Shown one piece after another: positions 10,637 through 23,300 of a stretch of 64,000 nucleotides of DNA (the first letter of the stretch is position 1; each line of letters opens with the position of its first letter). The position numbers and the translations under genes were made by a program. This stretch comes from Paraspadella gotoi (Eukaryota > Animalia > Chaetognatha). The notes under the pieces are model-generated. The model made no database searches, had not been told where the DNA came from, and saw only the letters and a program-made list of their open reading frames with translations. Location: positions 4,285,025 to 4,349,024 of the forward strand of contig CM119265.1 of NCBI GenBank assembly GCA_051294375.1. The letters run 5' to 3'.

Positions 10637-11272
10637 TAAGGGCGTAGAAAATTTCTAATTTAACTTTAATTAAAATTCTAAAAGTGAGAGAACGAACAAC
10701 ATTTATTTAATGAACATTATGATAAATAAAAAAATTTATAATATATTTTACAATTTACGCAGTAGGGCCATATTTATTTACTTAGTACTAAAGCCAATAA
10801 TGTTAAAATTTAAAAACAGTATTTTTTTCTAAGAGGTTTTTTTTTGTAGATTTTGGATTGTCATATAAAAAGTTGCATAAAAAGAAATAGTAAGCTCATT
10901 TTGAAAATTCTTCATTAAGTGGGTCAAAAAATTAGAAAAAACTATATTTTATGTGAAAATTAGACTTTTATATATATTAAATATAGTTTTTTAATTCTTT
11001 TACCCACTTAATGAAAGAATTTTTTAAAAATGATTTATATTTTCTTTTTATCAACATTTGACGAGAGAATCAAATCTGCATTCAAAATTAAGAAAAGCCT
11101 ATTCTGAAATTTTCGATTTTATAAGGATAGTACTATATATGAAATATAGCCTACTGCGAAAATTAAAAGACAATAAATTAAATTTTTTTTACAGAATTAA
11201 TGTTCACTGATGGTATGTTGTTCATAATTGACTTTTAGAAATTTCGTATGTAACTTTCGCACTAGCGCCTTA
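10637..11272. mobile_element. MITE (hAT-like), copy 2, with 8-bp TSD
   Basis: Ends TAAGGGCGTAG...CTAGCGCCTTA, flanked by ATAATCAA at 10629-10636 and 11273-11280; the empty site is visible at about 2341. Confidence 0.82.
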
Positions 11273-14004
11273 ATAATCAAATTGTGAAAGCAGGTTTTTT
11301 GTTTTTTCCATTTAAACTCATTTCCATTCAACGAAACTTGTTTTTCCTGTTCAATCACACACTTTCCTACCCACATACAATATTCCAGGTCAATCGCCCA
11401 CATCCACTCATGAGCAATTAATTAGGCAATTAGTTAATTAATTTGGATTCGAAATGTTTGTTTTAGGTATTTTCGTCACTAACCATGACAAAAGCAATGA
11501 CGACGATAAGAAGAATAATGCCGATAATGATTGACTTGATTGATTGATTGAATAAATTAAATAATAGATAAATAATTGATTGATTTGAATAATTAATTAA
11601 TGATAATAAAGTTGATGATTAATAATTAATTGATGATAAAGTTGACTGATTTAATTAATTATTTATAATTAACTGATTTTTCTCTTTTAATTATTATGTA
11701 GCTATCTTTCTCTCTTTTCCCCAGTGCTGATTCATGGGAAAAAAACGAGTCTGCAGAAGGGCTCTGCAGGGGCTCTTTCTTTTTCTCTCTTTTCTCCTGC
11801 TGCTTCTGCTGCTGCCTTTTGATTTCTTTTTTTCTGGCTGCCTTGCTGCTGCCGCTGCTGATTCGTCCGAAAACGATCTCTCTCTCTCTCTTGCGTTTTG
11901 TTAAAAAAAAATGAATTAGGATTGAACTCGTAAAATATAGACATCGCATTTGTGCATGTTATCATTTTGCTATTGCAACATCAAGTTTAATTTCCTTTTT
12001 ATCTCTCTCTCTTCTCTCTCGCAATTATGCAATTGCGACGATCCTTATGCTTTTAAGATTTTTTTAACTTGCATCATTTTTTCAACTTGCATAATTTTTT
12101 TAAATTGCATCATTTTTTCACATTAATTAATTAATTAATTAAAATATTTATTAGTAATGCATTAATCATAAAGATTCAAGTAAATGTGACTTATGTTTTT
12201 TTCCCATTTAACTATCATTGTCCACTGGCACAATTCCGTCAAAACTTTATATCTAGCTTCTTCACACACTTTCCTACCCGCTCACAAAATTTCATCTCAA
12301 TCTATTATGGGTTTAAATAAGTAAAAATATTAAAAGTAAATGTGACTCATATTTTTTTTATTTAAATTCATTTCCACTTGTATGTTTCCACCGAAACTTT
12401 ATATCAAGCTTCTGTCACACACTTTCCTACCCACACACAAAATTTGAACTCAATCTATCCATGCCATTATGATTATTAGAGTATTTATTGGTTTAAAATA
12501 AGTAAAAAGATTTTAGTAAATGCGCACTTGTGTTTTTTTCCATTTAACTTCATTTCCTTCACACGATTGCATCGAAACTTTATATCCAGCTTATCAATAC
12601 ACTTTCCTACCACACACAAAATTTGTATTCAATCCAATCTGCCAATCACGAGTTATTGGAGCTTTTTGCTGAGGTGGGATTTGATGGACGGATTTGATTG
12701 ACTGATTAATGAATTATTGATTAATGTTAATTGACTAATTGATTTAATTTAACTGATTAATATTTGGATTTATTTAATACATGCCTGGCATATTACAGTT
12801 TAATATAAAACGGAAAAAAGAAGCATAATCATTATTAGGAAACAGTTTTTTTGTTTTTTTTCCATTTAAAGCTCAATTTCACTCTAACGATTCCACATGA
12901 ACTTGATTTCCTGTTCAATCAACACAGTTCCTACCCACCATGATTAAATTCCAGGCCCATCCGACCATTCCACTCATGGCAATTGGTGTTCAAATAGTGA
13001 ATTATATTTTTTTTGTTTTTTCCATTTTAAACTCATTTCCACTCGGACGATTCCCACTGAAACTTTATATCTCGGACCTCAATCACTCGGACACCTGTCC
13101 CTACCACACACGAAATTTCATATACTTGCAATCCATCCATCCAATCACAATTTACTGATTGGCTAGTGTTTTTGCTCAAGGTCGGCGTGACGGGAGCGGA
13201 TCGGAGCACGATCCAATTTTTGTGCAGTGTATTTTATCATAATTCGATGGTTCTTGGATCATGACGTATAAGGTTAGTCCCCGACACATGATTGAGGGGC
13301 GGGACCGACGGACCGACAAACGTGAGTTATCAGTCGGGATTACTGATGATAGAATCGACTAAAAAAGGGGAAAAGTTAGGAACACTAGTTAATAATATGG
13401 AAGGAAAGAGAAGAAGCGACATCGCGAAAGTTAATTGAGAGGGAAAACAACGAATTTCTTTTTCCCCCCCTTTTTATCGCGAAGAATTTTTTTGACTTAA
13501 CTAACTCTTCTTCCCGGTTTTGGCTCAGGAGTTTCGCCTTTCGAGGATGGAAATGAGGAAAGAAGAAAAGAAATAAAAGAACGAAAAGGAAAAAAAAATT
13601 AAGGGAAAAGAAAAATATAATGGGTGAAAAAATAAAAAAAGGAAGGATTTGATGGAATGAAAAAAGATTTTCGTCAGGATATACTCAATCGGCTGTCTTC
13701 CAATTTTCGCCTATTACAGTTATATACGTTCAATGTTTTAGTATCAACAACAGTTTAAGTTTAATAACAATAAACTAATTGTAACTAATTATTTGTATTT
13801 TATTTCTTTAATTATAATTTTTATTTCTTTCTTGCTTTAGATTCATATTTGTGTCCTTGTTTTGTACTCTTAGTTTCAAACCTAATACAAATCTGAATAT
13901 TCACTATGTTTAACATTCTTAATCGAAAGTCTATACACAACAGTCTAAATCCAAAATGTTCTTTTGTTGACCTCATCGTTTCCTCCTCATCCTCTTCCCC
14001 ACAG

Positions 14005-14231
14005 TCATCGCCTCCCTCTTCCTCCTCCTCACGATCTTCACCATCGTCTCCATGATCCACTGGATCTACCTCTTCGCCCTCGACAACCACGACGCCCTCT
14101 TCCACGGGATGCAGGATCGCCGCTTCCTTGACCACCTCGGCCTCGACGGGCGACTCGTGCTGCTCCTCGTCTCCAGGAACATCGGACTCATCACCGCCGA
14201 GGCGCTTGTCGAAGCCACCTACAAGAAGTAA
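14005..14231 (+). CDS. inx: Innexin terminal exon (VIASLFLLLTIFTIVSMIHWIYLFALDNHDALFHGMQDRRFLDHLGLDGRLVLLLVSRNIGLITAEALVEATYKK*)
   Basis: Long pyrimidine tract plus cacag, phase 1 matching the previous exon, fully open, strong C-ending codon bias; TM4 plus the FxxxLxxDGxxxLxLxxxNxG C-terminal motif. Confidence 0.9.
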
Positions 14232-15253
14232 ACGGAGGAGGAGGAGGCGAGGAGCGCGTGGAGGCACAGTCCGTAGTCGATAGGTGAGCAGGGTGGGGCA
14301 GGAAGGAAGGGGGGAAGGAAGAGAGGAAAGGGAAAAAATGGAGGAAGGGAGTAAAGAATAGGGAAAGGAAAGAGAAAAAGAAGAGCACGAGTTTGAGAGG
14401 AGAGTAATATTGAAAAAAATGCTAGGAGAGAAATAAGGAGGGAGTGAAAGGAAAAAAAATTATTCGCGGAAGAAAAGAAAAAAGAAAAGTTAATTTATCG
14501 CAGGAAGGAGAAGAAAAAAAACTAAAGGAAAATAAAAAAAAGTTGTGAGGAAAAGTCTGACAAGAGAGAGATTGTGTGAAAATTGAAAAGCGGAATAACG
14601 TCAATGTCCTGTAGCGTTGAAAAAAAAAGAAAACAAAGCCCGGGGCAGAGAAAAAAAAACACCGTGGTTCTCTTTTAGTCGAATAAATAAAAAAAAGAAA
14701 AAAGAAAAATAAAGAACAAAGCAAAATTCATTTTAATCGTATTATTTATTTATTATTTCATCTTTGTAAGTACGTTCATGGTTAACAGATAAGAATGATT
14801 GAGAGTTCCTTTAGCCAGTTACCAAGCTGCTGTCGCACGAGAAAACTACTTTTTAAGCCTTCTTTAATCCCAACTAATTAATTCCGCCACTTTTTTTTTC
14901 ACTCTTTCAGTTTTCGCCTCTTCCGGTCCGCCGCGCTACAATGGCAGGATTAATCATAAAAAATCCGTGGACACGTCTGAGAAAAATGAACGGAAAAAAA
15001 AAACAATTGTTTCATCGTCACCGATGTGAAAATTAAAGAAAAAAAAATAGGCGTTTGCATTGAGAAATAGTATTATTCAAGCTCTGGCGATATATTTAAT
15101 TAAATCCGCCTTTGTTTCTGCGGAACACATTTATCTAACAATGATTAACTCCGTTTTTTATGAATTAATTATTAAGCGTTTGATGACGTGACTATATTGA
15201 TTTAATCAGAGGCGATTAAAGATCGACCATTAAGTGGGCAAAGTTGGGTGGAG

Positions 15254-15286
<33 letters not shown>

Positions 15287-17566
15287 GATAAAAAGAAAAA
15301 GAAGTTGGTCACTAGGAAAAAAATCAATGCTTTCGCCATCAGAGAGGAAAGAGTGGTTGAATGTAGATCGCCTTTGAATGAAGTCGACGTCAGAAAGGGA
15401 GGACGACGTAGACGACGACAACGACGAAAGGATAATGGACTCCGATTTTTCTATTTCTAATTTTCATCATTTGTTATTATTTTTGCATTGTTTCTTCGAC
15501 GCATGTAAATAAAATTGTTTATTTTTGAAAATACTTAAATTTCACGTTTCTTTGTGCAGTTAATGTTTTTTCTTATTTAACAATATGATATAAGTCTATA
15601 GAAACTGAACTAGCTAACAAAAGAACCAACGCGAATGCAGGGTTGGTAATGGTGAAAAAATCCTTCCCACTTAAATAACTCTCCAGAGGCTGACAGAGAG
15701 TGAGTGAATCACCGATTCATAGCTTTCGCCACCGACTTCTTTTTTTTCCCTCCATTTCTTTATCGATTCTTTCTTTTTTTTTTAACTTTTCATTGTCTTC
15801 AACCTTCGTTCTTTTTTTTTCCTACTCTTCTGACTAGATCAACTCTCTTTTTCTTTCCTCAACTTTCGCTCATTTATTTCTTTTCTTTTCTCTTTTCTTC
15901 TCACTTTTCTCCGTCCCAAATTCTTTCGCCGGGCCGTTTCTCTTTCCGTCCTCCGGTCTTCTTTTCTTGAACATTATTCCTCGGCGCCTCTCACTGTTTC
16001 ACTGTCTCTCCGTCGCACGTAGTCACATGTTGCGTTATACTAATTACTGACTTCGACCTTTTATTCAAAATTATATTGAGGTCAATCCGATGAATTGTTG
16101 AATTGAAATAAGCGCCATGTTCTATTTTCTGATGGTTAACTTTTGTTGATGTAAGGCATTAAATGATAAATATCAATATGACATTTAAATAATTTTACTA
16201 AGAAATAATTTTTTTAATAATTCGTAACCAACAGCTCATATTTTGAATCGGACCTGCATTGACTTTGGAGACAACACTGTCCGCCTCTCATTGGTTTCGT
16301 CGAAGAGGGGATGATTGGATGGGAAATTACTTACCGGACATTTTCTCTCTCTCTCTCTCTCGGCGTGAAATCCACATTTCTCCAATCGAAGACAAAGTGG
16401 TTGTGGGGACTGGAGAGGAAAAGAAATAAAAGAGCGAATCCTCAAAACTCTCCAAAAGAGAGAGAGGGAGAGAGAGAGATTCAAGGGAGAGAAAAATCTA
16501 GAACATTTGGCTTAGATTTTTTAGATTTGGAAAGAACAGGTGAAAAGGAAGGGAAAAAAAACAAAAAGAGAGAGAGAGAGAGAGAGAGAGGTTATGTTTA
16601 GGGAAGAATGGCGAGTGCTTAAGGGATGCTGTGGTCCCAAAACGCTCGAGCGTGACGACAACGATGACGACGACGACGATAGACCATGCCAAACACGACA
16701 ATATTACGGAGATGCCAACAACTTCGAACCTTATCTAAAAACAAGAAACACTAAAAACTATACATATATATTATATATGTATGTAAAGGGAAAGACTCAG
16801 AGACATCGAGTCAACGACCAAGACGACAAAATAGTCGACGACCATGACCCGAACGACGAACGCATTAACGACCACAACAGCGACGCGTCCCGGACCCAAA
16901 AAAAGGAGTCACGAGGCCGACGATTCGCGTTACGTCTTCCATTGACGCGAAAAGCGAAACAACGGTGCTAATGGGCGGCCGTCATCGTGCAACGCTTCCT
17001 CGGGAGAGAAAGGGAGGAAGAGAAGTAAGAGAGAGAAGCGTGTCCTAAAGAAGTAGGTAAAGAGGGGAAATGAGCAAAACCAAAGAAGAAAAAAAAAACC
17101 AACTTGGAACTCTTAAAGGTTTCTTCGTTTTTCTAATCGAAGACAAGAATACGCGGTGAAGGAGAAATGCTAACTTAGGAGCGCATCGTTCATAAGGAAT
17201 GCAAAGCCCAGGTGTGGTGGGAGGGGCACCGGTGAGGGCAAACTAAGGACCACTATCAGAGTAGTGGAAGAGCTAGGATGGCGGCGCTTGGGAAAGATTG
17301 CCGTTGCCCGTAGACAATTATACGAAAAATGCCTTGTAAAGGATGGACAACGAAATAAAAAATAATCGAAAATTGAAGAAAGTTAATTAATCAACTTAGA
17401 GCAATCTAGTTTTGAAATCGAATAATTTACAAAAATGCCAACTGCGGTGAAAAAAACAAACCTCATGAGAAAACTTCCAAGATCATTGTAATCGAACTTT
17501 TTCCCTGGGGGGGGGAGCCGCGTCTATGCCCCATCTCCAGATGACTGCCCTCTCCGTCGGCACTTC

Positions 17567-19873
17567 CTTGTGTTTCTCCCCTCTCCCCGGTGGATCGTCT
17601 ACTCCTAGCCACGAAGAGAACACCATTTCCTTCCGCTGCCTATCGGGAAGACCGTTTCTTCCATACTACTCGGACAATGAAAGCACGAGCTAAGCCATAT
17701 TTGCAGGGACCAAGTCAGAGTTAAGTAAAGAATCAGGTGGTTGAAAATGTTAGTTTGTTCCAATCGGAACCAGGTTATTCAACTCCCAACGACGCAATTC
17801 AGCGCACTGAATATGCAATTGTCCAGTGCAGCCAATCGAGGAAGATGGATTCTTTTTATTCTTTGTCTCTATTTGCCGGCAGCCCTATCGCAGTTTTTTA
17901 TTTCCGTCTTCTACTATTGCCTTCCTTTCCTCTCAATCTTCCTCCTCCGTCCTCTCTCAACTCACTCTCTCGTCTTTTCTTCATCACTTCTGCTCCTGGC
18001 CACTGTCCTCCTCCCTCTTCCTCTCGCCGTTTCCTCCTCTCGCTCGATTCAGGTTCCTCCTCCTTCCTTCCTTGTCGTAGGAGAGTCCTTTCAAAATCCG
18101 AACATAAAAATATAAAAAAAAAAAGAAAAAAAAAACAATTATGCAGATAACAATCGAACGACATTTTGCTGTTTTTTGTTTTAGAAAAAAATCGACCCGG
18201 CAGTCCTCTTTTTTTGATTTATTTGTATCTCTGCCGTCGATTAGATTGTAATATCAGAAAAAAAAAAAGAAAGAAAGGAGTATAATTAAAAAAAATTAGT
18301 AAAAAAACACAAAAAATCACAAAAAAAAAATTGAATTAAAGTTTTTTTTTTTGTCTCTTTTCGTCTCCCCGCGGAACGAAAATCCGAAATCCGTCAGGCG
18401 AGACAGAGGATCGATTCGCCGCAGGTAAGTCGGTTCCCACGAGGGAAAGGGATGGGTTCGAGAGAGGGCTTGGGTAAGGTTTTTTTTTTGAGTAAGGTTT
18501 CCGGAGGAAGAGCTTGGGTTAAGATTTATGGGAAGGTATTTTCGAGGTTTTATGGAGAGAAAGGGAAGGAACTCTAAAAAATGATGGATGGGTTTTAGGA
18601 CTGCGAGTTTTACACGGTATTGGAAAAGCAGGGTAAAGGTGTTTATGATAGAGGATGGGTTAAGATATAAAGAAAATGCTTAGAATTATATGAATTCTAA
18701 GGCTTCAAAAGTGTCCAATGTCCAATCGGGTAAAGTGATCNNNNNNNNNNNNNNNNNNNNNNNNNTCCTTGTTTCTCTCCCTCTCTCCCGGTGGATCGTC
18801 TCTCCTCCAGGAAGAGAACAAAATTTCCTTCCCGCCTATCGGAGACCGTTTCTTCCTCACTCGGACCAATGAAAACACGAGCTAAGCATATTTGCACCAA
18901 TCAGAGTTAAGTAAAGAATCAGGTGGTTGAAAATGTTATTTTGTTCCAATCGGAACCGCGTTATTAAACCCAACGACCAATCAGGCACTGATATAACATT
19001 TCGTCAGCCAATCGAGGAAGATGATTCTTTTTTCTTTCCTCTATTTGCCACGCCCTATCGAGTTTTTCTTCCTCTCATTTTCCTCTTCTACTATTCCTTC
19101 TCTTTCCTCTCATCTTCCTCCTCCTCCTCTCTCCAACTCATCCTCTTCTTTTCTTCTTCCTTCTCTCCTTCCTCCTCCTCTTCCTCTCCCTTCTCCTCCT
19201 CCTCGATTCAGTCCTTCCTCCTTTCCTCCTTTCGTAAGGAAGGAGTCCTTTCAAAATCCGAACATAAAATATAAAAAAAAAAAGAAAAAAAAAAACATTA
19301 GCAGATAACAAATCGACGACATTTTGTTTTGTTTTTTAGAAAAAAATCGACCGGCCAGTCCTTTTTTTATTTATTGTATCTCTCCGTCGATTAGATTGTA
19401 AATATCAGAAAAAAAAAGAAAGAAAAGGAGTTATAATTAAAAAAAAAATTATAAAAAAACACTAAAAATCAGCAAAAAAAATTGGAATTAGTTTTTTTTT
19501 TTCTCTTTTCGTCTCCGCGGAACGAAAATCCGAAATCCGTCAGGCGAACAGAGGATCGATTCGCCGCAGGTAAGTCGGTTCCCCGAGGGGAAGGGATGGG
19601 TCGAGAAGAGGGCTTGGGTAAGGTTTTTTTTGAGTAAGGTTTCGGAGGAAGAGCTTGGGTTAAGATTTATGGGAAGGTTTTTTCGAGGTTTTATGGGAGA
19701 GAAAGGGAAGGAACTCTAAAAAATGTGGGATGGGTTTAGGACTCGAGTTTTACGTATTGGAAAAGCGAGGGTAAGGTTTTATGATAGAGGATGGTTAAGA
19801 TATAAAGAAAATGCTTAGAATTATATGAATTCTAAGGCTTCAAAAGTGTCCAATGTCCAATCGGGTAAAGTGA
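17567..19873 (+). repeat. About 1.15-kb direct duplication (about 17567-18740 and 18766-19873) around a 25-N gap; probable assembly artefact
   Basis: Near-identical copies differing by indels, abutting the gap 18741-18765. Confidence 0.85.
18866..19012 (+). promoter_or_regulatory. Phased CCAAT-box array (candidate NF-Y promoter)
   Basis: CCAAT at 18866, 18897, 18946, 18977 and 19008 (spacings 31, 49, 31, 31), mostly followed by CAG/CGG/CGA. TCAGT at 19208 and a CAG|GTAAGT donor at 19570 lie downstream. Confidence 0.5.
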
Positions 19874-20339
19874 CAAGTAAGAGCTGACAGATCGGGTAGA
19901 AACTTTGGTTGGGTCTTTGTCGAATGCAGAGCCTTGAAAATAAATGAGGTTTTCTTGAGGGGGCGAGGGTGATGTTCCACTGAAGGGTGAGGGAAGGCTG
20001 TCGTTAAAGTGCGTGCGGTAAGGAAAGCGGGGAAGATATTTCGTTTAGTTTGGGGAATAAGTCAAGCGAGCGATGGCTGCATTCGACGGCAAAAAAAGAA
20101 ATTGCGGGTTTGCGATTTTTTTTTTAGCGACTGCACATCTCGTAAAATTGTTTTTTGGTCGGTCTGTCAGAAAATATAATGTTTTAATACTATTTTTAGA
20201 ACTTCAGAGATGAATTAATTTGTTACATAAACGAAGGAAGAAAAAATTTAATTGACTTTGTAACTGTTAGTCAATATTAATAGAATGTTTTTTTATACTC
20301 GTTGGATCCCGAAATAAAGAATAAGATTTGAGCAAGAGT

Positions 20340-20341
20340 GA

Positions 20342-20377
<36 letters not shown>

Positions 20378-23300
20378 AGGAGGGGGGGGAGAGCGAAGGG
20401 GGGGGGGAGACAGCAGGGAGAGAGAATGGGGGACGGTGGGGAGGGGGGGGGGGAGGGGGGAAGTGACGTTGTGGAGGGAAGAGAACGGAGAAGCGAAGGG
20501 GGCGCGGAGGGAAGAAAGACGGGAGAGGGGGGGAAGATGAGGGAAAGCGGGAAAGGGGAGGAGAGAGCGGGGGGGGGGGAGAGAGTGAAGGAGTGAGGAA
20601 GGGGGAAGGCCGCGAGGGGAGGAAGGAGGGAAGGGAAGCGGGGGGGGGAAGGGGGAGGAGAGGCGAGTGGGAGGGGGGAATCGAGAGAGGGAGGGAGGGG
20701 GGGGGGGAAAGGGTGGGGGGTGGAGGAGAGGGGGAGGGGAGGGGGGGAGGAAGGGGGGAGGAAGAGAGAGAGAGGGAGGAGGGAAGGGGGAGAGGGGGAG
20801 GAGGGAGGGGGGGAGAGGGGAGAAGGAGGGGAAGGGAGGGGGGGGAGAAGGGCGTGGAGGGAGAGAAAAGGGGGAGGGGGTGGAGGAGAAAGGGGGGGAG
20901 GGGGGAGAAAAAGAAGGCGGGAGAAAGAGGGACGGGATGAGGGGAGGGGTGGAGAGGAGGGGGGAGCAGGGGATACAGGGAGGGAGGAGGGAGGAGAGGG
21001 AGGGAGGGGGGCGGGGAGGGAAGAGAGGGGGGGGGAGAAGAGGGGAGAAGGAAGAGAGGAGGGGGGGGGAGGAGGGAGAAGAGGGGGAAATGCGCGAGAG
21101 AGAAAAAGGGGGAGTGGGGAGAGAGGGGGAAGGACGGAGAAGGCTGGAAGAGGGGGGCAGGGGAGGGGAGGGATGGCGGACAGGAGGGGGGGAGGAGGAG
21201 GAGAGGGAGGGGAGGAGGGGGGATGCGGAGGGGAGAGGGGAGGGTGTGTGGAGAAATGGGAGGGGGGGGGGAGGAGGGGGGGGGAGGAGTTGGAGAGAAG
21301 AGACGGGGAGGAGGAGGGGTGGAGGAGGGGAGGGGGGGGGGGAACCCGGGGAGGGGGGGATGGGAAGGGGGGAAAGGAGGGGAGAGAAGAGAGAAGTGGA
21401 AGAGGAGGGGAAGGGGGGAGGGAGGGAAGAGGAAGAGGGGGGGGTGGGGGAGGGAAAAGAACGCGGAGAAGAGAAAAAAAAGGAGTGGGGGAAGGGGAAG
21501 GGAGGGAGGGGGGGAAGAGGGGGAGGCAGGAAGGGGGGAGAGGGAAGGAGGGGGAAAGGAAGGGGAGGAGGGGAGGGGAGGAGAGCAGGACGGGGGACGG
21601 GGGAGGGGGGGGGGGGAGAGGAGGGGAGAGGGAGGGGGGATGGGGAGAGCGAGGAGGAGTGCGGGGAGGGAAGAGGGAGGGAGGAAGATGGGGGGAGGGA
21701 CGGGGGAAGGAGGAGGGGGTGGGGGACAGAGAGGGGGGGAAGGAGGAGCGGGGAGGGAGCGGGGGGGAGAGGGAGGGGAAGGGGGGAGGATCGGGAGGGG
21801 GGGGGAAGGAAGGGGGGAGAAGGAGGGGGGAGGGGGGAGGGGGGAGAGCAAGAGAGAGGGAAGGACGAGAGGGAAGGAGGGGAGAGAAGGGGGAGGGGGG
21901 GAAGGGGGGACTACGGTCGCGGGGGAGGTGGGGGAGAGGGGGGGGGAAAGGCGGGGGATGGGAGGGGGGAGGAGGGGAGGGAAAGAGAGGAGGTGGGGAG
22001 AGGGAAGGGGGAGGGGGGGGAGAAGGCGAAGGGTGTGAGGAGGGCGGGGGGGGGAGGAAGAAGGAGAGAGGGAGAGAGGAGAGGGGACGGGGGGAGGGGA
22101 GGGGGGGGGGAGGGGACAGGGGGGGAGGAGGGAGGGGGGGGGGGTGGGGAGGGGGGGATGGGGAGGGCAAGGCAGCGGACGGTGGGAGCACGGAGAGGAC
22201 GGGGCGGAGAGGGGGGGTAGGGGAAGGGAGAGGAGGGGGGGGGAAGGAGGAGGGTGGGGGGAAGGGGGAGAGGGGAAAGGGGGAGGAAGAGAAGGGGGAA
22301 GCGGAAGGGGGAAGGGGAAAGGAGGGGGGAGACGGGGGAAAGCGAGGAGGAGGGAAGAGGGGAGGCGGAGGGGAGGGTGGAACAGGGCGGGGGGGGGGGG
22401 AGGCATGGAGAAAGAGGAGGGAAGGAGGGGGGAGGAGGAGCGCAGGGGGGAGGGGAGCAGTAAGGGGGGAGGGAGGGAGGAGGGGGGCAAGCGAAAGAGA
22501 GACGGGTGAGGGAGGGGAAGAGAGGAGAGGGCGGGGGGGAGGGAGGAGGGGAAGAAAGAGGGGGGGGGGGGGAAGGGAGAAGGGGAGGAAGGGGGGGGAG
22601 GGAGGGAGTAGGGGGGAGGTGGGAGGAGGGGGGGGGGAGGAATGAGGGAAGAGACGGAGAGGCGAGGGGGTGGGGAGGAAAGGAGGAGGGGCAGAAGGGG
22701 GGGGGGAGGGGGAGGAGGGGGGGGGGAGAGAGTGGGGGGGAGGGAGAGAAAGGGAGGAGGGGGAGGGGAGGGAGGAGGGGGGGGACGGAGGGGAGAGAGA
22801 GGAGAAGGAGAAAGGAAGGGAAGGAAGGAGGGAGGGAGGGGGGAAGGGGGGGAGGAGGGGGGTGAGGAAAGGGAGGGGAGGCGGAGAGAGGGGAGGAAGA
22901 AGGGAGAGGGAGGAGGGAGGAGGGGAGGGGGGAGGGGGGAAAGAAGGAGAAAAGGGGAGGGGGAAGGGAGGGAGGGAAAGGGGTCAGGGGGAGGGAGAGG
23001 GAGGGGGTGGGGAGAGGGGGGGGGAAGGGGAAGAGGGGGGGGGGGGGGGAAGAGGGGGGGGGAAGAAGAGGGGGAGGGGGGGGGGGGAGGAGGGAGGGGG
23101 GGGAAGGAAGGGGGGGGGGGGGGGGGGGGGAAAGGGCGGGGTGAGGGGGGGAGAGGGGGGGAGGGGGGGGGAGGGGCGAGGGGACGGAGGAGTGCTGAAG
23201 GAAGGAGAGGGAAGGGAGGCAGAGCGAGGTGCGGGGATGTAGGGGGAGCGAACGAGGGGAGAAGGGAAGGAGGGGGGGCGGGGGGGGAAGGCGAGAGGAA

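Larger units (their letters stand above)
9746..13366 (-). mobile_element. DINE-1/Helentron-like element, copy 3 (both termini, internally duplicated, carries a nested MITE) in the last innexin intron
   Basis: ACAAGTTTGAGCAAAC and subTIR GTCGGATCTGC at 9746-9775; degraded 5' hairpin at 13333-13360. The internal block about 9960-11420 recurs at about 12000-12980. Confidence 0.72.
3055..14231 (+). pseudogene. inx: Innexin (gap junction / hemichannel family) gene, about 10 exons, disrupted as assembled
   Basis: Manual translation of AG/GT-bounded segments gives innexin landmarks in the correct order: IDDVFDRAHR, SLPCF, YAKSYCWAASTY, SYYKWVP-MVLCLQAILFY-LPYLF, NVGFQL..LHQFL...HG, QWSSSIRF.IRTICEY, HCVLPINLYNDKIY, TM4, and LGLDGRLVLLLVSRNIG. 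Most splice phases match. Lesions: Tc1 insertion, several 1-nt frameshifts, in-frame TAA at 5853 and 9638. Confidence 0.88.

Noticed and set aside
13821-14267. 148-aa acidic minus-strand ORF
   Set aside because: Antisense shadow of the C-ending codons of the innexin terminal exon.
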